64,000 nucleotides of DNA from Candidatus Bipolaricaulota bacterium (GTDB lineage: Bacteria > Bipolaricaulota > Bipolaricaulia > Bipolaricaulales > Bipolaricaulaceae). Positions 40,130-49,650 of this stretch are shown piece by piece. A program made the position numbers and the translations under genes. How positions within the stretch are numbered: the stretch's first letter is position 1; every line of letters begins with the position of its first letter. Where the stretch lies: the NCBI GenBank assembly GCA_937921255.1, contig CAKZSO010000024.1, positions 11,781-75,780 of the forward strand, read 5' to 3'. The notes beneath the pieces are model-generated. The model ran no database searches, was not told where the DNA came from, and saw only the letters and a program-made list of their open reading frames with translations.

Positions 40130-41407
40130 GTGCTCGACCTCCGGCTGTTGCGCAGCGACCCCGAGGGGGTTCAGGGCCGGCTCCGACGCCGGGACCCCAC
40201 TGTCGACCTCGCCCCGATCGTTGCCCTCGACGAGGAGCGACGGCTTCTGGCGGGGACCGCAGACGACCTGCGTCGCCGGCAGAACGAGGCGTCCGAGCGG
40301 ATTGCCATCCTCTCCAAGGAAGGACGCCAGGGGGAGGTGGATAGACTTCGGGAGGAGATGCGCGCCGTTGCCTCTGAACGAAAGCGGGTCGAGGTACGTC
40401 TTCAAGAAGTCGAGAGAGAGCTCGACTCCCTGCTGCTCTCTCTTCCCAACGTCCCCCACGATTCCGTCCCCGACGGGACGAAGGAGGAGAAGGTCATCCT
40501 CCGGACGTTCGGGGAGAAGCCCGTGTTCCCGTTCCTCCCCAAGCACCACGTGGCCCTGGCCCAAGCCCTGGGGCTCCTCGACCTCGAGCGGGCGGCCAAG
40601 GTGACGGGGGCGCGGTTCCCGATGTACACCGGAGACGGGGCTCGCCTCGAGCTCGCCCTCCTCCACTGGATGATGGAGTTCCACGTCCGGGAGCACGGCT
40701 ACACCCCCGTCCTCCCCCCGATCCTCGCCAACCGGGCCTCCTTCGTGACCTCGGGCCAGTTCCCGAAGTTCGCGTCCGAGGTCTACGCCTGCCCCGAGGA
40801 CGATCTCTTTCTCAACCCCACTGCCGAGGCCCTCCTCGTCAACCTCCACCGGGACGAGGTCCTGGCGGAGGAGGATCTCCCTCGGAAGTACGTCGCCTAC
40901 ACCCCTTGCTTCCGCCGCGAGGCGGGAACCTACGGGGAGGAGGGGCGAGGGCTGATCCGCGTCCACCAGTTCAACAAGGTCGAGCTCTTTCACTACACGA
41001 CGCCGGAGACCTCGTACGCCGCCCTGGAGGAGATCGTCAGCCACGCGGAGGCGATCCTCCAGAGGCTCGGCCTCCACTACCGGATCGCCCTTCTTCCTGC
41101 GGGCGACCTCGCCCAGCAGTCGGCGAAGACGATCGACGTGGAGGTCTGGCTCCCGGGCCAGGATCGCTACTACGAGGTCTCGTCCTGCTCGAACTGCGAG
41201 GACTACCAGGCCCGGCGGGGCAACATCCGCTACCGACCCGCCGACGGGGGGAAGCCCCGGTTCGTCCACACCTTGAACGGTTCCGCCCTCGCCACGTCGC
41301 GTCTGTTCGCGGCGGTCCTCGAGCAAAACCAACAGGCGGATGGAACGGTGGTCTTGCCTCCCCTCCTCGCCGACCTCCTCGGCCAGCGCACGCTCCGCAC
41401 CTCGTAG
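40130..41407 (+). CDS. serS: Serine-tRNA ligase
   Basis: PTAE, FRREAG, GLIRVHQFNKVE, EVSSCSN, TLNGS. Confidence 0.98.
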   Translation: MLDLRLLRSDPEGVQGRLRRRDPTVDLAPIVALDEERRLLAGTADDLRRRQNEASERIAILSKEGRQGEVDRLREEMRAVASERKRVEVRLQEVERELDSLLLSLPNVPHDSVPDGTKEEKVILRTFGEKPVFPFLPKHHVALAQALGLLDLERAAKVTGARFPMYTGDGARLELALLHWMMEFHVREHGYTPVLPPILANRASFVTSGQFPKFASEVYACPEDDLFLNPTAEALLVNLHRDEVLAEEDLPRKYVAYTPCFRREAGTYGEEGRGLIRVHQFNKVELFHYTTPETSYAALEEIVSHAEAILQRLGLHYRIALLPAGDLAQQSAKTIDVEVWLPGQDRYYEVSSCSNCEDYQARRGNIRYRPADGGKPRFVHTLNGSALATSRLFAAVLEQNQQADGTVVLPPLLADLLGQRTLRTS

Positions 41408-41515
41408 TCCGCAGCTCCCCGGCCCCGGCCCGGGGGGAGCGTGGCGCCGATCACAGACAGATCGGGGATCTCTTGGTACCATCACCAAAGCGCATTCATT
41501 CCAAGGAGGGAGACC

Positions 41516-43279
41516 ATGCGTAAGCTGATCGTGCTAGGGCTAGCGATGACCGCGGGAGCCGTCATCGCCTGGAGCCAGGGCTGGGTAGCCCGCGGGCCGA
41601 TCTACATCTATGGAGACGCCCAGTTCACCTGGGAGAACGGTGTGATCAAGGGCGCCGGAACCGAGGGCGACCCGTACGTCATCGAGGGCTGGATCATCGA
41701 CACCCGCGGGCACGACTACGGGATCTACATCGACGGAACGCGCGCCCACTTCGTAATCCGCGACTGCCAGATCCGGTACCCGCTGGAGAAGGCGGGAATC
41801 ATGTTCTCGAACGTCCGCAACGGGCGGATCGAAAACACCGCCGTCTACGGGGGCCGGGTGGGGATTCACCTCCTCGTCTCCTCCGGGAACGTCATCACGG
41901 GGAACGCGATCGGGTACTGCGACCACGGGATCGTCCTCGGGCCGGCGGCCCAGGGGAACGTGATCCACGGGAACAGCATCGTCAACTGTGGTTTCCCCGC
42001 TCGTCAGGAGATGCCGGACAACCGGTGGTACAAGGACGGCCGGGGGAACTTCTGGTCCGACTACCGGGGCCAGGACCTGAACAAGGACGGGATCGGGGAC
42101 ACCCCCTACGAACTCGTTCCGGACCAGTACCCGCTGATGGAAGCTCCGGTGAAGCTCCCCGCCGGGGCGAACCGCCTCAGCACCCTCGACCTGGCCAAGG
42201 TTCAGGAGAGGGGAATCGTCGCGCTGGCCCCCGGTAGCCTCGTCCGGCTGTTGGCCCGCGACGTCGGGGTGGGGGTAGACAAGGTGTTCTACCGCCTCGA
42301 TGAGGGGCAGTGGCTCACCTACAGCGACCCGTTCCCCCTCCCCGCTCGGGCAATGGTGCGGATGGAGTACTACGCTGTCGACAAGCTCGGGAACCGGGAG
42401 CGCACGAAACAGCTCGTGATCTACCTCGACATCGAGCCACCGACGACGCGAATCGTGGCCGGCGACCCCCACTACTACGCCCCCGATGGAAAGCTGTGGA
42501 TCACGTCAAGGACAAAGCTCGAGCTCCGCTCCGACGACGCGTCGGGGTTCGCGAACATCTTCTACCGCATCGCCGGCGGGGACTGGCGCTCCTACGTCGA
42601 GCCGTTCGTGGTTCCTGGCCCAGAGGGGCCGTACAAGCTGGAGTACTACGCAATCGACCTCTACGGAAACCGCGAGGGCGTGCAGACGGCCATCGTCTGG
42701 AAGGACGACTCGTCGCCCGAGACGGAGACCCAGACCGGAGGGCGGCCCCCTTTTGAGGTAGGGGGGACGGGCCCCACGACCGTAACCCAGCCGGTTCAGC
42801 CCGTTCCTGAGCCGGCGCCCGCACCTGCTCCTCGACCCGATCCGGTGCCACCTGTTCCAGAACCCAAGCCACAGGCGGAACCGGCTCCCCAGCCAGAGCC
42901 GACAGAGGAGACCCCACTGGAATCCCCTCCGCCAGCGTCCCTCAAGTACCGGATCAGCCTCGCCTCGATCTCCCTCCTTGAGGGCGCGGCCGGGGGCGAC
43001 TGGGCGTTCACCTACACGCTGAACCACGTCGAGCGGGACATTGCGACGGGCGCGCTCCCCCTCACCCTGTACACGGGCGAGGCCAAGCGCCTCTCCCTCA
43101 CCTTGCGGGCCAAGGAGGGCAAGGACCACCCCGACGTGGGCGAGCACACCCTGACCCTAGAGGCACCGTGGACCCTCGCCACGTACGACCTCGAGGTCCC
43201 GGTGTACGTGGGGAGCGATCCGACGTCCACCCTCGTCGCGGTGTGGAGGTTCACGGTGCGGATCACCGACGAGCGCTGA
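41516..43279 (+). CDS. Cell-surface protein: NosD-like beta-helix, two OmpL47-like Ig domains, Pro-rich linker
   Basis: GT..DPYVIEG, GNFWSDY, DLNKDGIGD.PY, two YYAxDxxGNRE repeats, PEP linker. Confidence 0.8.
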   Translation: MRKLIVLGLAMTAGAVIAWSQGWVARGPIYIYGDAQFTWENGVIKGAGTEGDPYVIEGWIIDTRGHDYGIYIDGTRAHFVIRDCQIRYPLEKAGIMFSNVRNGRIENTAVYGGRVGIHLLVSSGNVITGNAIGYCDHGIVLGPAAQGNVIHGNSIVNCGFPARQEMPDNRWYKDGRGNFWSDYRGQDLNKDGIGDTPYELVPDQYPLMEAPVKLPAGANRLSTLDLAKVQERGIVALAPGSLVRLLARDVGVGVDKVFYRLDEGQWLTYSDPFPLPARAMVRMEYYAVDKLGNRERTKQLVIYLDIEPPTTRIVAGDPHYYAPDGKLWITSRTKLELRSDDASGFANIFYRIAGGDWRSYVEPFVVPGPEGPYKLEYYAIDLYGNREGVQTAIVWKDDSSPETETQTGGRPPFEVGGTGPTTVTQPVQPVPEPAPAPAPRPDPVPPVPEPKPQAEPAPQPEPTEETPLESPPPASLKYRISLASISLLEGAAGGDWAFTYTLNHVERDIATGALPLTLYTGEAKRLSLTLRAKEGKDHPDVGEHTLTLEAPWTLATYDLEVPVYVGSDPTSTLVAVWRFTVRITDER

Positions 43280-43368
43280 TCCAGGGTGGCGATCCCACGG
43301 GGAAGGGCGGCCCGCGCGGTGCGGGCCGTTCTCCTTGAGGAGCACGGCCCCGCGTTCGCGATCACACC

Positions 43369-44784
43369 ATGCGCGTCCTGTACGTAGCGGCTGAGGTGGC
43401 CCCGTTCGCCAAGGTGGGCGGGCTCGGCGATGTAGCGGGTGCCCTCCCCGCTGCCCTGTCCCGGCTCGGCGTGGACGTGCGGGTCGCTCTCCCCAAGTAC
43501 AGGGGAGTCCCGGCTGGCCTTGCCCCGGTGGGGGAGTTCCCCGTCTCCGTAGGAGGGGCGGAACGCCCCTGCACCGTGTTTGCGGGGCGTCTGCCCGCCG
43601 CCGAGGTCCCCGTGTACTTCCTCGGCCACGACCCCTACTTCGACCGCCCCGGCGTGTACGGAGAAGGCGGGACGGGGTACCCGGACGAGCTCGAGCGGTT
43701 CGTCTTCCTGTCCAAGGCTGCCCTCGCGCTTGGCCCGGCCGTGGGGTGGGTTCCCGACATCGTCCACGCCAACGACTGGCACACCGCGCTCATCCCCGCG
43801 TCCCTGCGGTCCGGAGATGCGAACCTCCCTGCGAAGTCCGTGTTCACGATCCACAACCTTGCCTACCAAGGTCGCTTCCCACGCGAGCGGGGAGCGGCCC
43901 TCGGCTTGAATGCCGTCGGGCTGGGGGCCGTGGTGCGGGACGGGGAGATCAACCTCCTCCAGGGCGCGATTCGGACTGCGGACTGGATCACCACCGTCTC
44001 CCCCAGCTACGCCCGGGAGATCCTCACCCAGGGAGAGGGCCTGGAGGGGGAGCTCCAAGCTCGACGGAATGCGCTCACCGGGATCCTCAACGGGATCGAC
44101 ACCGCGGTGTGGGACCCCGAACGGGATCCCCACCTGTGGGCCCCCTACTCGGCCGTTGACCCGTCGGGGAAGCGGGAGAACACGCGGCACCTTAGGGCGG
44201 AGCTCGGGCTCGTCGAAACGGGGGGGCCCCTCGTGGGGATGGTGTCCCGCCTCGCCGAGCAGAAAGGGTTCGACCTCGTGATCGGAGGGTTCGAGCGGAT
44301 GATGGCCCTCGGGATCGAGCTTGTCGTCCTCGGGGAGGGGGATCCCCGCTACGCGGGATTCCTCCAGAACGCCGAGCGCCGCTACCCGGGGCGGGTCCGG
44401 GCAATCCTGGGGTTCTCAGAGGCGTGGGCCCACCGGATCGAGGCCGGGGCGGACATCTTCCTCATGCCATCCCGGTTCGAACCCGCGGGGCTCAACCAGC
44501 TCTACTCCCTCCGCTACGGAACGGTGCCGGTGGTCCGCGCCACCGGCGGGCTCAGGGACACGGTCCGCGACTGCGGCTCCGACCCCGAGCGCGGAAACGG
44601 GTTCACGTTCGAGGACTACACCGCGGAGGCAATGCTCGGCGCCCTGGGCCGGGCGGTTCGGCTGTGGCGAGGCAATCCCGCGGCGTGGCGGAGGCTGGTC
44701 GGGCGCGGGATGGCCGAGGACCACTCGTGGGACGTCCCCGCGCGGGAGTACCACGCCCTGTACGAGCGGGTGCTCGCGCGTTAG
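43369..44784 (+). CDS. glgA: Glycogen synthase
   Basis: KVGGLGDV, HANDWH, TIHNLAYQG, PSRFEP. Confidence 0.96.
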   Translation: MRVLYVAAEVAPFAKVGGLGDVAGALPAALSRLGVDVRVALPKYRGVPAGLAPVGEFPVSVGGAERPCTVFAGRLPAAEVPVYFLGHDPYFDRPGVYGEGGTGYPDELERFVFLSKAALALGPAVGWVPDIVHANDWHTALIPASLRSGDANLPAKSVFTIHNLAYQGRFPRERGAALGLNAVGLGAVVRDGEINLLQGAIRTADWITTVSPSYAREILTQGEGLEGELQARRNALTGILNGIDTAVWDPERDPHLWAPYSAVDPSGKRENTRHLRAELGLVETGGPLVGMVSRLAEQKGFDLVIGGFERMMALGIELVVLGEGDPRYAGFLQNAERRYPGRVRAILGFSEAWAHRIEAGADIFLMPSRFEPAGLNQLYSLRYGTVPVVRATGGLRDTVRDCGSDPERGNGFTFEDYTAEAMLGALGRAVRLWRGNPAAWRRLVGRGMAEDHSWDVPAREYHALYERVLAR

Positions 44785-44795
44785 TCCTTCACCTC

Positions 44796-44823
44796 TTGAC
44801 GTCAGCGTGGCCCCTGTTACACT
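44796..44823 (+). promoter_or_regulatory. Putative extended -10 sigma70 promoter
   Basis: TTGACG-16bp-TACACT preceded by TG. Confidence 0.45.
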
Positions 44824-44856
44824 GTGGCCCATCTTCCGTTTCAGGAGGTGTCCGAA

Positions 44857-46167
44857 GTGAAATCCCTCATCTCTTGTCTGGCTCTTGCCGTATTCGCGTT
44901 TGGCTCCGCCGTATCCGGCCAGGTCATCCGGATCGGCGTTGTAGGGCCGATGACGTTCATCCAGGGCAAGCACCACTGGCAAGGGGCAACCCTCGCCGCC
45001 GAGGAGATCAACGCCGCGGGCGGGGTCACCGTCGGCGGGAGAACCTACACGATCGAGCTCGTCCGGGTGGACTCGAACGAGATGCAGCCGGGCCCCGATG
45101 CGGTGAGCGCCGTGGAGCGGGCGATTACCGCGTCGAAGGTTGACTTCCTCGTCGGGGGCTTCCGCACCGAGGCGATGCTCGCCATGACCGAGGTCGCCTG
45201 CGACTACAAGAAGATCTTCCTCATCGCCGGAGCGGCGGACAACAAGCTCCTCCAGGGGCGGGTGGACAAGAACTACAACCGCTACAAGTACCTGTTCCGC
45301 GTGACCCCCGCCCGCTCGACCTACCTCGCCCAGGCGGCGTTCATCCAGCTTCGGGAGGTGATGGATCTGTTCCGCCACGAGCTGGGGATCGCCGAACCCA
45401 AGATCGCCATCCTCGCCGAGCAAGCGGAGTGGGCAACCCCCATCGTGACGTTCCTCAGTCTCCAGATCAACGCCCCTCTTGCGGTCGGGGGGTTGGGGGG
45501 GAGACTCGTCGGCACCTGGCGCCCGTCGGCCCTGGCCACGAGCCTGACCGCGGAGCTCACCGCCATTGAACGGGCCGGGGCCCAGATCGTGTTCACCGTG
45601 TTCTCGGGGCCGGTGGGCGTCGTGTTCGGCCGGGACTGGGGCCGCCTCCAGATCCCCGTGGCCGCGGTGGGGATCAACGTCGAGGCCCAAGCCCAAGGCT
45701 GGCTCGACGCGACCGGAGGGTTCGGCGCCTACGCGGCGACCGTGGGGATCTACGCGTCCGGGGTCGAGGTCACGCCGACGACTGTGCCGTTCATTGAGCA
45801 GTTCACCAGCCGGTTCGGCGAGCTCCCCCTGTTCACGGCGGGCACCTACGACGCCCTGTACATCCTGATGGACGCGATTCTCAGGGCGGACTCGCTTCAG
45901 ACGGACGCAGTGATCAAGGCCCTCGAGGCGACCGACTACGTGTCCACGATCGGCCGGATCGTGTTCGACGAGCTTCACGACCTGATGTGGGGGCCGGACT
46001 ACGTCACCGGGATCGGCGTCCAGTGGCAGGACGGGACCCCGGTTGCGTTCTGGCCACGGGAGTGGCGGCCCGACCCCCAGAAGCTCCCCGACCTCGTTAT
46101 CTCCGCGCCCGGGACTGTCCCCTACGTCATCCCCCCGTGGGTTAGGGATCACTGGAAGGGGAAGTAG
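44857..46167 (+). CDS. HAAT (LivK-like) ABC substrate-binding protein
   Basis: IRIGVVGP, AAEEINAAGG, YDALYIL; signal peptide; AGGAGG RBS. Confidence 0.92.
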   Translation: MKSLISCLALAVFAFGSAVSGQVIRIGVVGPMTFIQGKHHWQGATLAAEEINAAGGVTVGGRTYTIELVRVDSNEMQPGPDAVSAVERAITASKVDFLVGGFRTEAMLAMTEVACDYKKIFLIAGAADNKLLQGRVDKNYNRYKYLFRVTPARSTYLAQAAFIQLREVMDLFRHELGIAEPKIAILAEQAEWATPIVTFLSLQINAPLAVGGLGGRLVGTWRPSALATSLTAELTAIERAGAQIVFTVFSGPVGVVFGRDWGRLQIPVAAVGINVEAQAQGWLDATGGFGAYAATVGIYASGVEVTPTTVPFIEQFTSRFGELPLFTAGTYDALYILMDAILRADSLQTDAVIKALEATDYVSTIGRIVFDELHDLMWGPDYVTGIGVQWQDGTPVAFWPREWRPDPQKLPDLVISAPGTVPYVIPPWVRDHWKGK

Positions 46168-46210
46168 GAACCGTGGGGCGGGGCCTACCGGGGCCCCGCC
46201 CCTCTCTCTC

Positions 46211-47077
46211 ATGGTCGCCAACATCCTCGTCAATGGCCTGGTCTACAGCGGCGTCTACGCGATGCTCGCCCTGGGGTTTGGGCTTGTGTTCGGCGTCGGA
46301 CGGGTGCTCAACCTCGCCCACACCGCGTTCTACATGGTGGCCGCCTACGGGATCTTCCACTTCGCGAGCACGGGGTTCGCAATGCCGCTTGCCGTCCTTC
46401 TCACCTCTCTGGGGATCGTCGCCGTCGGGGTCGCCGTGTACAAGCTCGTTATCGAGCCGGTGCGGGAGATGGAAGCGACGGTGCTGATCGCCACGTTGGC
46501 CGTGGCTGTCCTTCTCCAGGAGGTCGTCCTCGTCTTCTTCGGAAACGAGCCCCGCCACGTTCCCCCCGCCCTCACCGGGTTCACCCAGGTCGTCGGGGTC
46601 CGGGTCGGGAACCAGGAGATGGTGACCCTCATCGTCGCCGTGCTGAGCCTGATCGGGGCGTGGTTCCTCCTCTCCCGAACCAAGCTTGGGCTCGCCATCC
46701 GTGCCGCAGCCCAGGACCGGGAGGTGGCGAACCTGATGGGGATCAATGTGAACCTGGTGACAGCGGTCGTGATGGGCCTGGGGCTCCTTCTCGCCGCGCT
46801 CGCGGGAATCGCCGTCGCCCCCCTGTTCACCGTCGAGCCGGGGATGTGGATGAACCCGCTTGTGATCGTCCTCGCCGCGGTTGTGTTGGGTGGGCTGGGG
46901 AGCCTCAAGGGGAGCCTGATCGGCGCGGTGATCCTCGCCTTCGCCGAGGTCTCAGTCGTGTTCCTCGTCCCGGGGGGATCCTACCTCCGAACGGCGATCG
47001 CGCTCCTGATTATGGTCTGCGTGTTCTTCATCCGGCCCGAAGGTCTGTACGGGTCGAGCATCGCCGAGGAACGGTAG
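46211..47077 (+). CDS. HAAT ABC permease (LivH-like)
   Basis: LNLAH, GLAIRA..Q.RE.A.LMGIN, LGGLGS, RPEGL. Confidence 0.93.
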   Translation: MVANILVNGLVYSGVYAMLALGFGLVFGVGRVLNLAHTAFYMVAAYGIFHFASTGFAMPLAVLLTSLGIVAVGVAVYKLVIEPVREMEATVLIATLAVAVLLQEVVLVFFGNEPRHVPPALTGFTQVVGVRVGNQEMVTLIVAVLSLIGAWFLLSRTKLGLAIRAAAQDREVANLMGINVNLVTAVVMGLGLLLAALAGIAVAPLFTVEPGMWMNPLVIVLAAVVLGGLGSLKGSLIGAVILAFAEVSVVFLVPGGSYLRTAIALLIMVCVFFIRPEGLYGSSIAEER

Positions 47078-47078
47078 C

Positions 47079-48134
47079 ATGTACTACGTCCGCTACCTCG
47101 TCCGCTACCTCCAGAACGAAGTCCTCGTCCTGCCGAGCCGGGTGATCGTGCTCGTGTTTGTGGCCTCGCTTCTCGCCTTCCCGCTCCTGACCCAGGACCC
47201 GAACATCCTCCGCACGCTCATCGTCACCGCCCTGTTCTCGCTCTACGCCGTGAGCTGGGACCTTCTCTCCGGGTACACCGGCCAGGTCAGCCTCGGGCAC
47301 GCCCTGTTCTTCGGATCGGGAGCCTACGCAAGCGCGCTTCTGAGCTCCCACCTTTCCCTTCCCCCCTACGCCACGGTCCCCGCCGGAGCTGCGGTGGCGA
47401 CCGCAGCCGGGCTCCTCGTCGGGCTCCCTTGTCTCCGCCTGCGCAAGCACTACTTGGCCCTGGCCACGCTCGCTTTCCCGATCATGCTCACCGGGTTCGT
47501 GCTCGCCTTCCCCGGGTTCTCTGGCGGCGAGGGCGGAGTCTGGCGCATCGCCCGCCTCACCTCGACCCGGGTCGCAGAGTACTACCTCATCCTGGGGGTG
47601 GCCCTCGGGGCGGTGGTCGTCCTGTGGAGGGTGGTCGAGTCCCGCGTGGGGCTGATCTTTCACGCCATCCGCGAGGATGAGACCGCGGCGCGGGCTCTCG
47701 GCATCAACACCGTCCGCTACAAGCTCCTCGCGTTTGCCCTGTCGGGGCTCACCGCCGGGGCCGCGGGGGCCCTCTACGCCCACTCGAGCGCCGCTCGGAT
47801 CGTGGCTCCGGGGGTGGTGTTGAGCCTGTTCATGTCGTTCCAGCCCGTGATCTGGACGATCTTCGGTGGGGCGGCAACGATCTACGGACCGATCACGGGG
47901 GTGTTCGTCCTCTACCCGCTCCTCGACACGCTGAACGTGGTCATCCCCAAGTATCGGATGCTCGTGTTCGCCCTCCTCGTCCTCCTCATCCTCCGGTTCA
48001 TGCCCCAGGGGATCAGCACCTGGATCCGCGACGCGATCGAGCGGGTCTGCCCGAGTTGTCGGGTCCGGAACATCGCCACCCGGCGGGCGTGCCGGGCGTG
48101 CGGGGCCCCGCTCCAGGCTCAGAGCCCGAGGTAG
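47079..48134 (+). CDS. HAAT ABC permease (LivM-like) with C-terminal zinc ribbon
   Basis: GYTGQVSLGH, AIREDE.AA.ALGIN, PQG; tail CPSC-x10-CRAC. Confidence 0.92.
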   Translation: MYYVRYLVRYLQNEVLVLPSRVIVLVFVASLLAFPLLTQDPNILRTLIVTALFSLYAVSWDLLSGYTGQVSLGHALFFGSGAYASALLSSHLSLPPYATVPAGAAVATAAGLLVGLPCLRLRKHYLALATLAFPIMLTGFVLAFPGFSGGEGGVWRIARLTSTRVAEYYLILGVALGAVVVLWRVVESRVGLIFHAIREDETAARALGINTVRYKLLAFALSGLTAGAAGALYAHSSAARIVAPGVVLSLFMSFQPVIWTIFGGAATIYGPITGVFVLYPLLDTLNVVIPKYRMLVFALLVLLILRFMPQGISTWIRDAIERVCPSCRVRNIATRRACRACGAPLQAQSPR

Positions 48135-48865
48135 GATCGGCGGACGACCTCGTCCACGAGAAGGTTCTCCGGTGGGCCCTCCGCCACCACCCGCCCTTGG
48201 GAGAGGACGTACCCCCAGTCCGCCATCGCGAGGGAGATCGCTGCGTCCTGCTCAACGAGGAGAACGGCGATCCCCAGTTCCTTCACCTCCCGGATCCGCT
48301 CGAACAGGGGCTCCTTGACCAGGGGCGCGAGCCCCGTGGACGGCTCGTCGATGAGGAGGAGCTTGGGGCCGCTCATCAGGGCGCGACCGATCGCGAGCAT
48401 TTGCTGTTCCCCTCCCGACAGGGTGCCCGCCCGTTGACGGGCCCGATCCTCGAGGATTGGGAACAGGCGCTGAACCTCGGCCAGCCGCTCCGCGACCTCG
48501 CGACGGCTCCGAACGAGGTACGCTCCGGCGATGAGGTTCTCCCGCACCGTCATCTCCCGGAACGGCCGCCGGCGCTCGGGGCACAGGATGAGGCCCCGCG
48601 CGGCGATCTCGTGCGGCGGGAGGTGGTCGATCCGCTCCTCGCGAAACCACACCCGACCCCCCATCCGCACGTCCTGGTGCCGGAACGCCTTTTGCTCCCA
48701 GCGAACGAGCCCGGCGAGGGCCCGGAGGAGAGTCGTCTTCCCCGCGCCGTTCGGGCCAACCACGCTCACGAGCTCGCCCTCGCGCACCTCGACCCCCACG
48801 TCGTGAAGGATGAGCGCGGTCCCGTACGCCACCGAGAGCTCGTGGGCCTGGATCGCCTGGAGCAC
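48119..48865 (-). CDS. HAAT ABC ATPase (LivF-like)
   Basis: GPNGAGKTT, LSGGEQQMLAIGRAL, DEPS.GLAP. Confidence 0.95.
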   Translation of the reverse strand: MLQAIQAHELSVAYGTALILHDVGVEVREGELVSVVGPNGAGKTTLLRALAGLVRWEQKAFRHQDVRMGGRVWFREERIDHLPPHEIAARGLILCPERRRPFREMTVRENLIAGAYLVRSRREVAERLAEVQRLFPILEDRARQRAGTLSGGEQQMLAIGRALMSGPKLLLIDEPSTGLAPLVKEPLFERIREVKELGIAVLLVEQDAAISLAMADWGYVLSQGRVVAEGPPENLLVDEVVRRSYLGL

Positions 48866-49650
48866 TAAAACGCCTCCTGGGTGTGGGCTCCGACCTTGCC
48901 CAGGTACGCCTCGACCACCCGCGGATCCCGCACCACCTGGTCCGGAGCCCCATCGGCCAGCACTTCCCCGAAGTGCATGACGACAATGCGGTCAACAATC
49001 CGCATCAGTTCAGAGAGCTTGTGCTCGACAATGATCATCGCGCACCCCTCGCTGTGAAGGCGGCCGAACCGCCCGCCCTTGCGCAGCCGGTGCACCGAGT
49101 TGGCGAGCAGGCGGGTCTCGGCCTGGGTGAGGCCGGCAAACGGCTCGTCGAGGACGAGGAGCTCGGGCTCGGTGGCGATGGCCCGCGCGATCTCGAGCCG
49201 CTTCAGGTCGCCCTGAGACACCGCGCCGGCGGGGGTCATCGCCAGGTCGGAGATCCCCACGAACTCGAGCGCGTCCAGCGCCCGGGCCTCGACTGTCTTG
49301 ACCCACTCCCCCTGGTTCCGCACCCGCGGGTTGTGGAGGCCCACCATCACATTGGCGATGAGCGGGAGCCGTTTCATCGGCCGGCTGTTCTGGAACGTCC
49401 CGGTGATCCCGCCGACGACCCGTTTCCACGTCGGCTGGCGGGTGATGTCCCGCCCCTTCCAGAGGACCTTTCCGCTGTCCGGGCGCAGGAGCCCCATAAT
49501 CATCCGCACGAGCGTCGTCTTTCCCGCCCCGTTGGGGCCGATCACCCCTACGATCTCCTGAGGCGCGACCGAAAAGCTCGCCCGCCGCACCGCCTCCAGC
49601 CCGCCAAAGCGCTTGGAGAGCTCCGAGACGGCGAAAAAGTGTTCCCTCAC
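48865..49650 (-). CDS. HAAT ABC ATPase (LivG-like)
   Basis: FGGL.AV, GPNGAGKTT, LEIARA, DEP.AGL, EAYLG; GTGA overlap with ligase stop. Confidence 0.93.
   Translation of the reverse strand: MREHFFAVSELSKRFGGLEAVRRASFSVAPQEIVGVIGPNGAGKTTLVRMIMGLLRPDSGKVLWKGRDITRQPTWKRVVGGITGTFQNSRPMKRLPLIANVMVGLHNPRVRNQGEWVKTVEARALDALEFVGISDLAMTPAGAVSQGDLKRLEIARAIATEPELLVLDEPFAGLTQAETRLLANSVHRLRKGGRFGRLHSEGCAMIIVEHKLSELMRIVDRIVVMHFGEVLADGAPDQVVRDPRVVEAYLGKVGAHTQEAF

Noticed and set aside
42780-42935. Pro/Glu-rich repeat
   Set aside because: Ordinary low-complexity protein linker
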